A DNA stretch of 64,000 nucleotides from Candidatus Poribacteria bacterium (GTDB lineage: Bacteria; Poribacteria; WGA-4E; WGA-3G). The stretch is taken from assembly GCA_965242965.1 (NCBI GenBank), contig OZ251518.1, forward strand, positions 5,280,001 to 5,344,000, given 5' to 3'. Position numbers and translations under genes: made by a program. Each line of letters begins with the position of its first letter. The first letter of the stretch is position 1. Shown here in pieces: positions 42,264-51,523 of this stretch. The notes under the pieces are model-generated. The model did not search any database and was not told where the DNA came from. It was given only the letters and a program-made list of their open reading frames with translations.

Positions 42264-42958
42264 GAGGGTGTTTTATAACTCCGTTGTTGTAAAAATGGTT
42301 TCGTGAGACCTCGAACGCTTCCGTTTCCCCGGTAGGAGAGACCTCCTGGTCTCGATTTCTCCCCGTAGGAGAGACCTCCCGGTCTCGATTTCTTCCTCCC
42401 GGTCTTGATACGGTGCAGGCAGCAACCCGCCGCTTTCACCGTAGGGCGTGGGCCCTCGGATGCCACACGCGCATCCAAGCGGGTTCCCCTCGCCATGCAA
42501 CTGATGAGAAATTTCTGCTGGTTTTAGGTCCGTAGGACCTTAATGTCTATAGCTCTTCGTCCTGCGAAGACTCTTAAGGTCTGTAAGACCTTAATGTGCA
42601 TCTGCACCGCGTCGCTAGCCTGCTATTAAGGACCTAACGGACCTTGAAAACGATGAAAGGCACGTTTTTCTATAGACATGCAGGACCTAAAGGACCTGAA
42701 GAGCCGTTTTTTTCAAAAGAGATTTCGTCGCTGCGAATGGACACCGCCGTTTTACCGTAGCGCGGGGGCCTGTCCCTCGCGATCGTTTTAGGCCCCGTAT
42801 CGCGGGGCCCTCGGATGCCATACGTGCATCCGAGCGGGTTCCCCCGCGATCGTTGCCTGGCGAGGGACAGGCCCTCGCCCTACGGTAAGCAAGGCCATTC
42901 TGGATACCGTAGCGCAGGGCCTGTCACCGCGACGTTAAGCAATTTATGAAACACCCTC
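42264..42958. mobile_element. MITE-like REP mosaic
   Basis: TIRs gagggtgttttat / atgaaacaccctc; flanks acttttgtt / atttttatt (7/9 match). Confidence 0.8.
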
Positions 42959-43006
42959 ATTTTTATTGTTCTCCATGCGGTTGATCGCCTCGTCTGTCCA
43001 ACATGG

Positions 43007-43231
43007 CTACATGCCTTGCAATCGTCTGCCGATTGCCTTTATCAGCGGTGTGATGAAAAAGTTAAGGCTAAAGACGACAAAGGCAATGACTGAAACGAGG
43101 AACAGGTTGGCTAGCAAACGTGGAATAACGTCCGGTTTGGAAAAGAGACTTTTGACAACCCTTGGCGAAAAAAAGCTAAGCGTTCCAAGCCAGTAGTAAA
43201 GATACCGACTCTTCAATTTTGAGAAAAACAT
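43007..43231 (-). CDS. Small membrane protein
   Basis: GGAGG RBS 6 nt before ATG, 74 aa, one hydrophobic helix. Confidence 0.5.
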   Translation of the reverse strand: MFFSKLKSRYLYYWLGTLSFFSPRVVKSLFSKPDVIPRLLANLFLVSVIAFVVFSLNFFITPLIKAIGRRLQGM

Positions 43232-43319
43232 CAAATCCTCCGGTCTGAACAATACGCCTGTCCAAGATGTCATCAATTTTAACATCAAATCCGATTTTAA
43301 ATCAAGAATAAAAAAATAC

Positions 43320-43348
43320 TTGCATCTGTTTTGGATAAGTGTTATAAT
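43320..43348 (+). promoter_or_regulatory. Sigma70-type promoter of the ccm operon
   Basis: TTGCAT-17 bp-TATAAT with TG extension. Confidence 0.7.
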
Positions 43349-43402
43349 TAAATATAGCATTTTCGTAAATTTTAGATATCGGATAAAATAGAGGAGGCTT
43401 AC

Positions 43403-43846
43403 GTGAAACGGAAAAGAGTTAAAATCGTTGCGGCGAGTGCGATGCTGCTTATAGCGATGGCGTTTTTAGTGATAGCGGGCATTCAGAGCACGAGTGTGCG
43501 CCACTTCACGCCCGCGGGGCTCGTCGCGGCGGCGAAATCGCTAAACAATCAACGGGTGCAAGTTGATGGGCTTATTTTAGCGGGGAGCACCGAATGGGAT
43601 GCAGCCAACTTTGAGCTCACTTTTGCTGTACGCGACCGGGAAGGCAGCGAAACCGTCAACGTGCTTTACGCGAAGCGGCTCAAACCGGATAACTTTATTG
43701 ATGACGGCAGCGTGTTTGTGGAAGGCAAATACGATGCCTCGCGGAACCTTATCGTCGCAACGAAACTGATGACGAAGTGTGCTTCCAAATACGAGGAAGC
43801 AGATAGCGCGACGACGGAATTGGTTACAGAAAGAGGTAAAAAATGA
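43403..43846 (+). CDS. ccmE: Heme chaperone CcmE, CxxxY variant
   Basis: N-terminal anchor, PDNF, VEG, LMTKCASKY. Confidence 0.88.
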   Translation: MKRKRVKIVAASAMLLIAMAFLVIAGIQSTSVRHFTPAGLVAAAKSLNNQRVQVDGLILAGSTEWDAANFELTFAVRDREGSETVNVLYAKRLKPDNFIDDGSVFVEGKYDASRNLIVATKLMTKCASKYEEADSATTELVTERGKK

Positions 43847-45864
43847 CAGCGGAAATCGGACAAGCCGCGATAGCCCTCTCTGTCCTCTCTGCGCTGTGGG
43901 CAATTGGATTCCTCTGTGTTGGGTTACGCCTGCGGAATGCGAAGGCAGTGCAGAGCGGCAGGAATGCTGTCGTCGCGACGTTTTTCCTCACCTGTGTCTC
44001 AACGGGTGCACTCATCTACGGGTTTGTGACAGACGACTTTTCACTGCGCTATGTCGTTGAGGTGTCAAGTGCCGCACAGCCGTTGCTGTATAAAATTGCC
44101 GCGCTCTGGGGCGCGATGTCGGGCTCTTTGCTCCTGTGGCTCTGGCTGCTCACCTTAGCGGGGGCGATTGTCGTCTGGCAGCATCGGAATTACACAACGG
44201 ATAACCTCGCCGATTATGCGCTCGTGCCAATCGTCGTTGTGCAGCTCTTTTTTATTATTCTGGTGACAGGTATTCCTGATGGAGTCTACAACCCACTCGC
44301 AAAACTGCCAGGAGGACAGGTTGCCGCCGATGGGCAAGGAATGAACCCGCTCCTTCAGACACCGCTCATGGCGTTCCATCCGCCGACACTCTATATCGGG
44401 TGGATTGGGATGACGGTGCCGTTCGGGTTTGCGATGGCCGCGCTCGCCTCCGGACGTATCGGAAGCAATTGGATACTCCGTTCCCGCAGATGGATGCTGC
44501 TCTCATGGATTATCTTGACTATTGGGATAACGCTCGGCGGCAATTGGGCGTATCGCGAGCTCGGATGGGGCGGTTATTGGGCGTGGGACCCGGTTGAAAA
44601 CGCCTCCTTCATGCCGTGGCTCCTCGGCACGGCCTATCTCCACTCCGTGATGATTCAAGAGAAGCGGAGCATGCTCAAGTTGTGGAATCTCCTCCTCATT
44701 ACGCTGGCGTTCCAGTTCACGCTGTTAGGCACCTTTATCACGCGAAGCGGGGTTATCTCATCTGTTCACTCTTTTGCGCAATCGAACGTCGGCTGGTATT
44801 TCCTCGGCTTCATCTTCGCGACGACTGCCGCTGCCATCGGCATGATGGTATATCGGCGGAAGCGGCTCAGAAGTGAAAACCACTTGGAATCCCTGCTCTC
44901 GCGCGAAAGTGCCTTTATCTTGAACAATTGGCTCCTCGTAGGATTGACGTTGATTATCCTCTGGGGAACGCTGTGGCCGATTCTCTCTGAAGCGATTAAC
45001 GGCGAGAAGGCATCCGTCCCGGAGGCGTTTTTCAACCAGGTGGTTATCATCCCCGGCCTGTTGCTCCTCTTCTTGACAGGAGCCGGTCCAATTATTTCGT
45101 GGAAGAAGTTGACACCGAACAATTTCCGCCGGATGTTTGTCTCACCTATCGGTATCGGTGTGATTGCCGGGGCGTTGACGTGGGGATTTCTCGCGTGGCG
45201 CGGCAACCCAATGCCGATTTATTCGGTGCTTTGCAGTTTCGCCGCCGTTTTCGTGCTCGCGGCAATTTTTAGCGAATTTTACCGCGGTGCAAAATTGCGT
45301 GCCAAACGTCAGGATGCTTCCTTCTTCACGGGGTTAACGCGCCTCGTGATGCGGAACAAGCGGCGATACGGCGGCTACATCATCCACATCGGCATTGTCA
45401 TTCTTTATATCGGCATCATGGGCTCCAAAGGCTATTTCCTGCTGGAATCCGAGGGGCTGAAACTCGGCGAATCGATGCAGGTAGGCACCTTTAATCTGAC
45501 GATGAAGGACTGGTTCCAGGAACGACATGCGAACTACGCCCGGGCTGGCGTGGTGTTTGACATTGAGAGAAACGGCAGACCGGTGGGCGAAATGAAGCCG
45601 GCGCGGCACTACTATGAGAAGACTGGGCAAGGCGAGACAGATACCATTGAGTCCGCCATTCAACATTTTGGCGCGAATGATCTTTACATTGCCCTCGGTG
45701 ATCTGCCGCCGAATATTAATGACGGCGGCATCGTGAACGTCCAAGTCTACCACAATCCGCTCATTAACGTTGTTTGGGTGGGGGTTGCGGTGATGGTGCT
45801 AGGCGGCATTGTCGCTATCGCGGAGAACTATCCGCACAAACCACCGAGCCAGCCGGGAGAATGA
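43843..45864 (+). CDS. ccmF: Cytochrome c heme lyase CcmF
   Basis: HPP, WAYRELGWGGYWAWDPVEN, TRSG..SVHSF. Confidence 0.96.
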   Translation: MTAEIGQAAIALSVLSALWAIGFLCVGLRLRNAKAVQSGRNAVVATFFLTCVSTGALIYGFVTDDFSLRYVVEVSSAAQPLLYKIAALWGAMSGSLLLWLWLLTLAGAIVVWQHRNYTTDNLADYALVPIVVVQLFFIILVTGIPDGVYNPLAKLPGGQVAADGQGMNPLLQTPLMAFHPPTLYIGWIGMTVPFGFAMAALASGRIGSNWILRSRRWMLLSWIILTIGITLGGNWAYRELGWGGYWAWDPVENASFMPWLLGTAYLHSVMIQEKRSMLKLWNLLLITLAFQFTLLGTFITRSGVISSVHSFAQSNVGWYFLGFIFATTAAAIGMMVYRRKRLRSENHLESLLSRESAFILNNWLLVGLTLIILWGTLWPILSEAINGEKASVPEAFFNQVVIIPGLLLLFLTGAGPIISWKKLTPNNFRRMFVSPIGIGVIAGALTWGFLAWRGNPMPIYSVLCSFAAVFVLAAIFSEFYRGAKLRAKRQDASFFTGLTRLVMRNKRRYGGYIIHIGIVILYIGIMGSKGYFLLESEGLKLGESMQVGTFNLTMKDWFQERHANYARAGVVFDIERNGRPVGEMKPARHYYEKTGQGETDTIESAIQHFGANDLYIALGDLPPNINDGGIVNVQVYHNPLINVVWVGVAVMVLGGIVAIAENYPHKPPSQPGE

Positions 45865-45867
45865 AAA

Positions 45868-46530
45868 ATGAGAATCCGAATCGTCTTGCGGGGAGTTATG
45901 CTCTCCTTCGTCATTTTCGCCACCGGCGTGTTTGCACAAGAGGACGGCGACAACTCCTTTGAGACGCAGTTGCAGGAACTCACGACGACGCTTTACTGTT
46001 CCTGCGGTTGTGAGGAAACGATAATCCAGCACTGCGATTGTGACACCGCGCGGGCAATTGAGGAGGAATTCCGAACGCGGTTGGCAGCAGGCGAAACTGC
46101 CGAACACATTCGCGCCGATTACCTGGAAGCGTATACAACGCAACTCAATTATCCTCACAAAACTGAATTGGCACAACTGATGAGTGGCCTTTACTGTGCT
46201 TGTGGCGAGTGTGTGGATTTGACAGTCCTGCACTGTGCTTGTGATGCTGCACATGAATTTGAGCAGAATTTCCGGGCGCAACTGGACACTGGGAAATCTA
46301 TCCAACACATCCGCGCTGATTATTTGCAAACCTTCGGTTTCCAATATGATGCCACCGCGCCGACAGAGAATGGCAATTTGTTTGCCTATGTGATACCAGT
46401 GGGTATTCTTCTCCTACTCGGCGGCGTTATCATCGCTTTCATGCGGAAAGTGAGACAGCGGAATGAAGGAACCGGCGAAAACAGAAACGGTTCTGATAGC
46501 CCGAAACCACCTAGCGTCCCGGAGGCATAA
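45868..46530 (+). CDS. CcmH-like protein with two tandem Cys-rich domains
   Basis: LYCSCGC..HCDC and LYCACGEC..HCAC, each followed by G...HIRADYL; C-terminal TM. Confidence 0.7.
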   Translation: MRIRIVLRGVMLSFVIFATGVFAQEDGDNSFETQLQELTTTLYCSCGCEETIIQHCDCDTARAIEEEFRTRLAAGETAEHIRADYLEAYTTQLNYPHKTELAQLMSGLYCACGECVDLTVLHCACDAAHEFEQNFRAQLDTGKSIQHIRADYLQTFGFQYDATAPTENGNLFAYVIPVGILLLLGGVIIAFMRKVRQRNEGTGENRNGSDSPKPPSVPEA

Positions 46531-46533
46531 GAT

Positions 46534-47007
46534 ATGAAAATCCGAACCGCTTTTCTTGCCAGTGCCCTGCTGAGTGCCGCTTTGGCCACCGTCGTGCTGT
46601 CTCAAGAGCGTTCTGAGCCAAAATTGGAAGAGCTCATGACGAGCGTCTACTGCTACTGTGGATGTGTCAAGGAGACAATCCAAGTCTGTGTGTGCGGCAC
46701 TGCAGTGGCGATTGAAGCCGATTTTCGCGCCCGGTTGAACGCCGGTGAAACTGTCGAACAGATTCGCGCGGATTATCTTGAAACTCACGGACCCGAGTTC
46801 AATGCGCTCATGCCAGCGGAAGGCATCAATCTCGTCGCCTACATTGCACCAGGTGTCATTCTGGTGTTGATTGGCGGGGTTGTCTTTGCCGTTCTGCAGA
46901 AGATGAGAAAGCCGAAAGCTGCGGCGGCACCTCAGGCCGCGCCGGCTTCCGATGCCGCTGTCAAACAGATTGAAGCGGAATTAGAAGAATATAAACAGGA
47001 AAAGTGA
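46534..47007 (+). CDS. ccmH: CcmH-like protein
   Basis: Signal peptide, CYCGC..CVC, GETVEQI...YL..HG, TM. Confidence 0.72.
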   Translation: MKIRTAFLASALLSAALATVVLSQERSEPKLEELMTSVYCYCGCVKETIQVCVCGTAVAIEADFRARLNAGETVEQIRADYLETHGPEFNALMPAEGINLVAYIAPGVILVLIGGVVFAVLQKMRKPKAAAAPQAAPASDAAVKQIEAELEEYKQEK

Positions 47008-47026
47008 CCTGGTTAGGAGCACCCTC

Positions 47027-47365
47027 ATGTCTCTATTTGTCCTCTTGTGGATGAGTATCCTTGGTATTGTGCTGTTGGTATATTTGGCGTATCCGTTTTT
47101 CACGAAAACGGATACGCAACCCATGGAAACCGCCCCGGGCGAAGCGCGCATGCAAACCCTCTTGCAGGAACGCGAACGCAGCTACGCCGCTTTGGCTGAT
47201 CTTGACGAAGACTACGAAACCGGCAAACTCTCCGAAGCCGATTATCGGGAGTTACGTGCCGCCCTTTTGCAGGAGACCGCGCATGTCATCCAGCAACTTG
47301 AAACGAGTGCCAAGACAGATGTTGAGGCAGAAATTGAACGATTCAAACAGCAGAAACGCGGATAA
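47027..47365 (+). CDS. CcmI N-terminal-like membrane protein
   Basis: TM followed by LADLDEDYETGKLSEADY. Confidence 0.7.
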   Translation: MSLFVLLWMSILGIVLLVYLAYPFFTKTDTQPMETAPGEARMQTLLQERERSYAALADLDEDYETGKLSEADYRELRAALLQETAHVIQQLETSAKTDVEAEIERFKQQKRG

Positions 47366-47371
47366 GGAAAC

Positions 47372-48670
47372 ATGGCGAATTTAGTCTCAACATATCTAGT
47401 AGCCGCGCTTTACAGGCGCGCAAAGTGTCCGGTAGGCGCGTTTTGGAAACGCACTTGCCTCGCGATAGCCGCACTTCTCGTTTGCGTGATGTCTGTTCAC
47501 GCCGAAGTCGGCTACATACACGGCAAACTCACGGACAAAAAACGGGAGCAACTCCTTGCTTCGCAGCCCGTAACCCTCCGTGTGCATCGCGCGAATGCCG
47601 CTGTTGAAACACAGGAGACGGTGACTGATGAAAATGGCGTTTACCGTTTCAATGAGTTACCGCTCGACCCGAGTGTCCACTACTCTGTCGCTACCACCTA
47701 CGAAGGTAGTGAATACACGGAGAAGGACCTGGTTTTGTCGGCGTGGGCACCGAATCTCACGGTTAACATTGACATCGGCGCGATGAGCGATGACCGGTCG
47801 AAAGTTCGGATTAACGCGCACATGCTAGTCATCGGCCCGCCGCCGGAAGACCACGCGCCGGACGGTGCAGTGAGCATCACAGAGATACTGCAAGTTGAAA
47901 ATCAGAACGATTTGCCGTTTAAGACGGTGCATGATGGAAACCAGGTCGGCTTGCATTTAGGGCTACCGCGCGGGTATGAGGGGTTTCATAACCTCACGTC
48001 GCACGAACTCGCCGTTAATCCTGCCACCAATCAACTCATGCTGACAACGCCTTTGCCCCCGGGGGAACTGAAATTCAGTTACGCCTACATTTTGCATGTT
48101 GAAGGGACTGAATTGGATTTATCCCGTCTCCTTCAGTTTGACACGGGACAACTCTTCATTTTTGTCCCGGAGCGGTTCAATTTTCGTCCGCAATCCAAGC
48201 GATTTAGCGAGGAGCGAGACGAGGCGATTCATAACATGATTTACAACGTTTACAATAATCCGAAGCGTGAACCGTTTCCGGCGGGCGCGCGGGCTGACTT
48301 AAAGTTGGAGTTCGGCGCGGCAAGTGAAGAGACATCGGCGGACTTGGGGCAGATGGCACTCATCGCCGTTGCCGCCGCGTTGGCGGGTGGGTTTTTCGTC
48401 GCCGCGTTGTTCATGATGCGCGGGGCTCGCCGCAATAAGCCGACAGACGCAGACGATACGCACGAGGATACGAAACCGGATGCTGGCTGGCTTGGGAAAC
48501 TCAACGACGAAGACTTGGAGAATGTCCGGGTCGCGAGGCTTGAGTTTATCACCTATCTTGATGACGCTCGCGAAAATCAGGGCATGTCGGAACGGGTTTA
48601 CAACCGATTGCGCCGAGAGCAGACTGAACGCCTCAGCGCAACCCTCAACGAACGCAAAGAGCGGGAGTAG
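47372..48670 (+). CDS. Ccm-associated exported protein with carboxypeptidase-regulatory-like domain
   Basis: Signal peptide, TDENGVYRF, C-terminal TM and helical tail. Confidence 0.75.
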   Translation: MANLVSTYLVAALYRRAKCPVGAFWKRTCLAIAALLVCVMSVHAEVGYIHGKLTDKKREQLLASQPVTLRVHRANAAVETQETVTDENGVYRFNELPLDPSVHYSVATTYEGSEYTEKDLVLSAWAPNLTVNIDIGAMSDDRSKVRINAHMLVIGPPPEDHAPDGAVSITEILQVENQNDLPFKTVHDGNQVGLHLGLPRGYEGFHNLTSHELAVNPATNQLMLTTPLPPGELKFSYAYILHVEGTELDLSRLLQFDTGQLFIFVPERFNFRPQSKRFSEERDEAIHNMIYNVYNNPKREPFPAGARADLKLEFGAASEETSADLGQMALIAVAAALAGGFFVAALFMMRGARRNKPTDADDTHEDTKPDAGWLGKLNDEDLENVRVARLEFITYLDDARENQGMSERVYNRLRREQTERLSATLNERKERE

Positions 48671-48708
48671 TAGGCAGGTTATCCCTGTCCCGGCAATTGT
48701 ATCTCATC

Positions 48709-48775
48709 GGTAGGAGAGCCCTCCTGGCCTCGACAATTTCTGTCATCGGTAGGAGAGACCTCCCGGTCTCGACAA
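48709..48775. repeat. Two tandem GTAG REPs
   Basis: gtaggagagccctcctggcctcgac and gtaggagagacctcccggtctcgac. Confidence 0.8.
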
Positions 48776-48798
48776 TTTACGTGAAAAAAGGGGAATGC

Positions 48799-49398
48799 AT
48801 GCACCGACCGGTTATTGAACTGATCGACGAATTATCAGATGCAGATGACGAGGTGCGCGATGCCGCCAAGGCAGAGTTAGTCGTTATCGGCGAACCTGCT
48901 ATCCCAGAACTCATCGCGGCACTTGCCGAGAACTTGTGGGATATTTCTGACCAGGCGGCGGACGCACTGGCGCAAATCGGCGAACCAGCCGTGGAACCGC
49001 TCATGGAGCAACTCCAGACTGTTGGGAGGCACCATGCGCTCAGCATCAGCGCGGCACTTTCGCGCATAGGCGTGGCTGCTATTCCGGCACTGACAGCGGC
49101 GTTATCAGACATTGATGAGGAGGTCCGCGAATATGTCATGCGCGCGTTCAGTGCCATGGGGGACGATGCTGTAGGCGCGCTGCCGGCCCTCATCCAAGCG
49201 TTGCGCGATCCGGCCGAGGAGGTGCGCACCTATGCCGCTTACGCAATCGCCAACATCGGCGAACCGGCTGCGGCTGCTATTCCGGCCCTCACCGAGACAT
49301 TTGCTGTTGATTCTGAACGCGTGCAACACCATGTTGTCTTCGCTTTGGAGAAAATCGGCACTTCCGCCGCGTTGGAGGCACTTAAGTCTTTGGTGTAG
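48799..49398 (+). CDS. HEAT-repeat (PBS lyase-like) protein
   Basis: Repeated AIP.L..AL.D..EEVR..AA.AL..IG. Confidence 0.88.
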   Translation: MHRPVIELIDELSDADDEVRDAAKAELVVIGEPAIPELIAALAENLWDISDQAADALAQIGEPAVEPLMEQLQTVGRHHALSISAALSRIGVAAIPALTAALSDIDEEVREYVMRAFSAMGDDAVGALPALIQALRDPAEEVRTYAAYAIANIGEPAAAAIPALTETFAVDSERVQHHVVFALEKIGTSAALEALKSLV

Positions 49399-49509
49399 AG
49401 GCAGCTGCCCGCGCTCCGGTAGGGTGCTGGACAATCGCGGGGGCCATGTCCTCGCCGTGCCTTAATTTCTCGCGAAAATCAAACCTTTCGGGGTAAATTG
49501 AAAAAAAAT

Positions 49510-49538
49510 TTGAAATCGCGATGAAAATGTGGTATAAT
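49510..49538 (+). promoter_or_regulatory. Sigma70-type promoter of korAB
   Basis: TTGAAA-17 bp-TATAAT with TG extension. Confidence 0.7.
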
Positions 49539-49732
49539 TAACTAAAGTAGTATGTTTTAGGGTTATGCCTCATGAAAAAGGCGAAAAGTTAACAAACGAT
49601 TTCAGTTACTATTTCACGCACTCTGGTGGGCGGCCGCCGTCCCCGGAGTCGGATACGAAGAATCTGTCGGTGCGTCGGAGTTATCTGAAGATGACATCGG
49701 CGCACGTCAAAATGATTAAGAAGGGAGCCAAG

Positions 49733-51514
49733 ATGGCAAATTACGACTTTGTAATCGCTGTGGGTGGTGCGCCCGGCCAGGGGATAGACACCGTGGGCAA
49801 AAGCATGAGCCAAATCTGTGCCCGTCATGGCCTGCATGTCTTCACCTATAGTGCTTACCAATCTCTCATCCGTGGCGGACACACCTTCCTCACTATCCGC
49901 ATCAGTTCCGAGCCAGTGGCCAATCACGGCGACAAAATCGATCTGATTATCGCTCTGGACCGGAACAGTCTGGAGAAACACCTTCCCCATGTCGCACCCG
50001 GCGGCGCAATTATCTATAACAGCGATGATGTTAAGCAGGCACCGGAACGCGCCGACATCCAGCTGTGCCCCATCTCCTACAAAGAGCTGTCGGATAACGC
50101 CGACCGGAAGAAGTTGATGCTGAATATTTGCATGTTCGGTGTCGCCTTGAATATGGTAGGCGGGGATTTGGCGGTGCTTGAGGACATCATCACCCTGACG
50201 TTCCTGAAACGGAAGGGACAAGCACTTACGGATGCGAATCTCGCTGTGGCGCGGGCTGGATACAATTACGCCGCGGCGCACTTCACACCGTTCGAGGCGC
50301 AGTTTACGAAACAGGAACCGCTTGCTTTCGTTGATGGCAATTCGGCGATGGCGATGGGCGGCGCGGCCGCCGGGGTCAAATTCTATTGCGCCTATCCGAT
50401 GAGCCCCTCCACCGGTGTCCTGAAATGGATGGCGGACAACGCACGTGACTTAAGCATCATGGTGCGGCAGTGCGAGGACGAGATCAGCGTTATCAACATG
50501 GTTATTGGGGCTGCGCACGCTGGCTGCCGCGCGATGTGTGCTACTTCCGGCGGCGGATTCGCCCTCATGACGGAGGCAATCGGCAGTGCCGGGATGATGG
50601 AAATCCCCATCGTCGTCATTAACGTCCAGCGCGGCGGGCCCTCCACCGGCTTGCCGACGAAGACTGAACAGGGAGATCTGTGGCAGCTCCTCGGTGCCAG
50701 CCAAGGCGATTTTCCAAAGATTATCGTCTCGCCGACGAGCATCATGGATGGGTTTGATACGATTCCGGAACTTTTTAACCTCGTTGATAAGTTCCAATGC
50801 CCCGGCATGGTGCTTTCCGACCTGACGCTCTCCATGGGCTTTACGACGTTCGCGCCGGATTCCATTGATTGGCAGCCGAAGATCGAACGCGGTGAATTGA
50901 TAACCGATGCTGTTCAGACGAACGGCGACTACCTGCGGTATCAGATTACCGATAGCGGGATTTCGCCGCGCGCTATCCCTGGGACTCCCGGGCACGTGCA
51001 CGTCGTTGCTACCGATGACCACGATGAAGACGGCGGGCTCATCAGTGATGAGTTTACCAATCCGCACAAGCGGCGCGACATTATGGATAAACGGCAACGG
51101 AAGATGGATGGCATCGCCGAGCAGCTGCCGCCGCCGACGTTGGAAGGCCCCGCAGATGCGGAAGTCACCCTCATCGGATGGGGCTCAACGCATAGTGTGA
51201 TTGGCGAAGCGGCGCAGCAACTTACCGAAGCGGGGGTTGCCACGAATCACATCCATTTCAAGTGGCTCTACCCTATAGATGAAGATGCGGTGAACGCGGT
51301 GCTTGACAAAGCGGCGCACGCCATCGTTGTTGAGTGCAATTACACGGGACAATTCGCGCGGTTCCTGCGCGGTGAAACGGGTTTCAAGGCGGCTGGGCAC
51401 ATCCGGAAGTATGATGGCGAGCCGTTCATGCCGCACCACATCGTTGATGGTGCGCGGGAGCTCTTCGGCGGCAAAACGGGTGTCTATGTTCCGTATCAGG
51501 AGATTGTCGTCTAA
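49733..51514 (+). CDS. korA: 2-oxoacid:ferredoxin oxidoreductase alpha subunit
   Basis: GGAPGQG, YPMSP, EDEI, ATSGGGF, QRGGPSTGLPT. Confidence 0.93.
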   Translation: MANYDFVIAVGGAPGQGIDTVGKSMSQICARHGLHVFTYSAYQSLIRGGHTFLTIRISSEPVANHGDKIDLIIALDRNSLEKHLPHVAPGGAIIYNSDDVKQAPERADIQLCPISYKELSDNADRKKLMLNICMFGVALNMVGGDLAVLEDIITLTFLKRKGQALTDANLAVARAGYNYAAAHFTPFEAQFTKQEPLAFVDGNSAMAMGGAAAGVKFYCAYPMSPSTGVLKWMADNARDLSIMVRQCEDEISVINMVIGAAHAGCRAMCATSGGGFALMTEAIGSAGMMEIPIVVINVQRGGPSTGLPTKTEQGDLWQLLGASQGDFPKIIVSPTSIMDGFDTIPELFNLVDKFQCPGMVLSDLTLSMGFTTFAPDSIDWQPKIERGELITDAVQTNGDYLRYQITDSGISPRAIPGTPGHVHVVATDDHDEDGGLISDEFTNPHKRRDIMDKRQRKMDGIAEQLPPPTLEGPADAEVTLIGWGSTHSVIGEAAQQLTEAGVATNHIHFKWLYPIDEDAVNAVLDKAAHAIVVECNYTGQFARFLRGETGFKAAGHIRKYDGEPFMPHHIVDGARELFGGKTGVYVPYQEIVV

Positions 51515-51523
51515 TAAAGGAGG

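Noticed and set aside
39582-42496. Long N-terminal extensions of ORFs 37230-39824 and 41267-42496
   Set aside because: The extensions run through MITE sequence; homology-like content begins at 39581 and 42241
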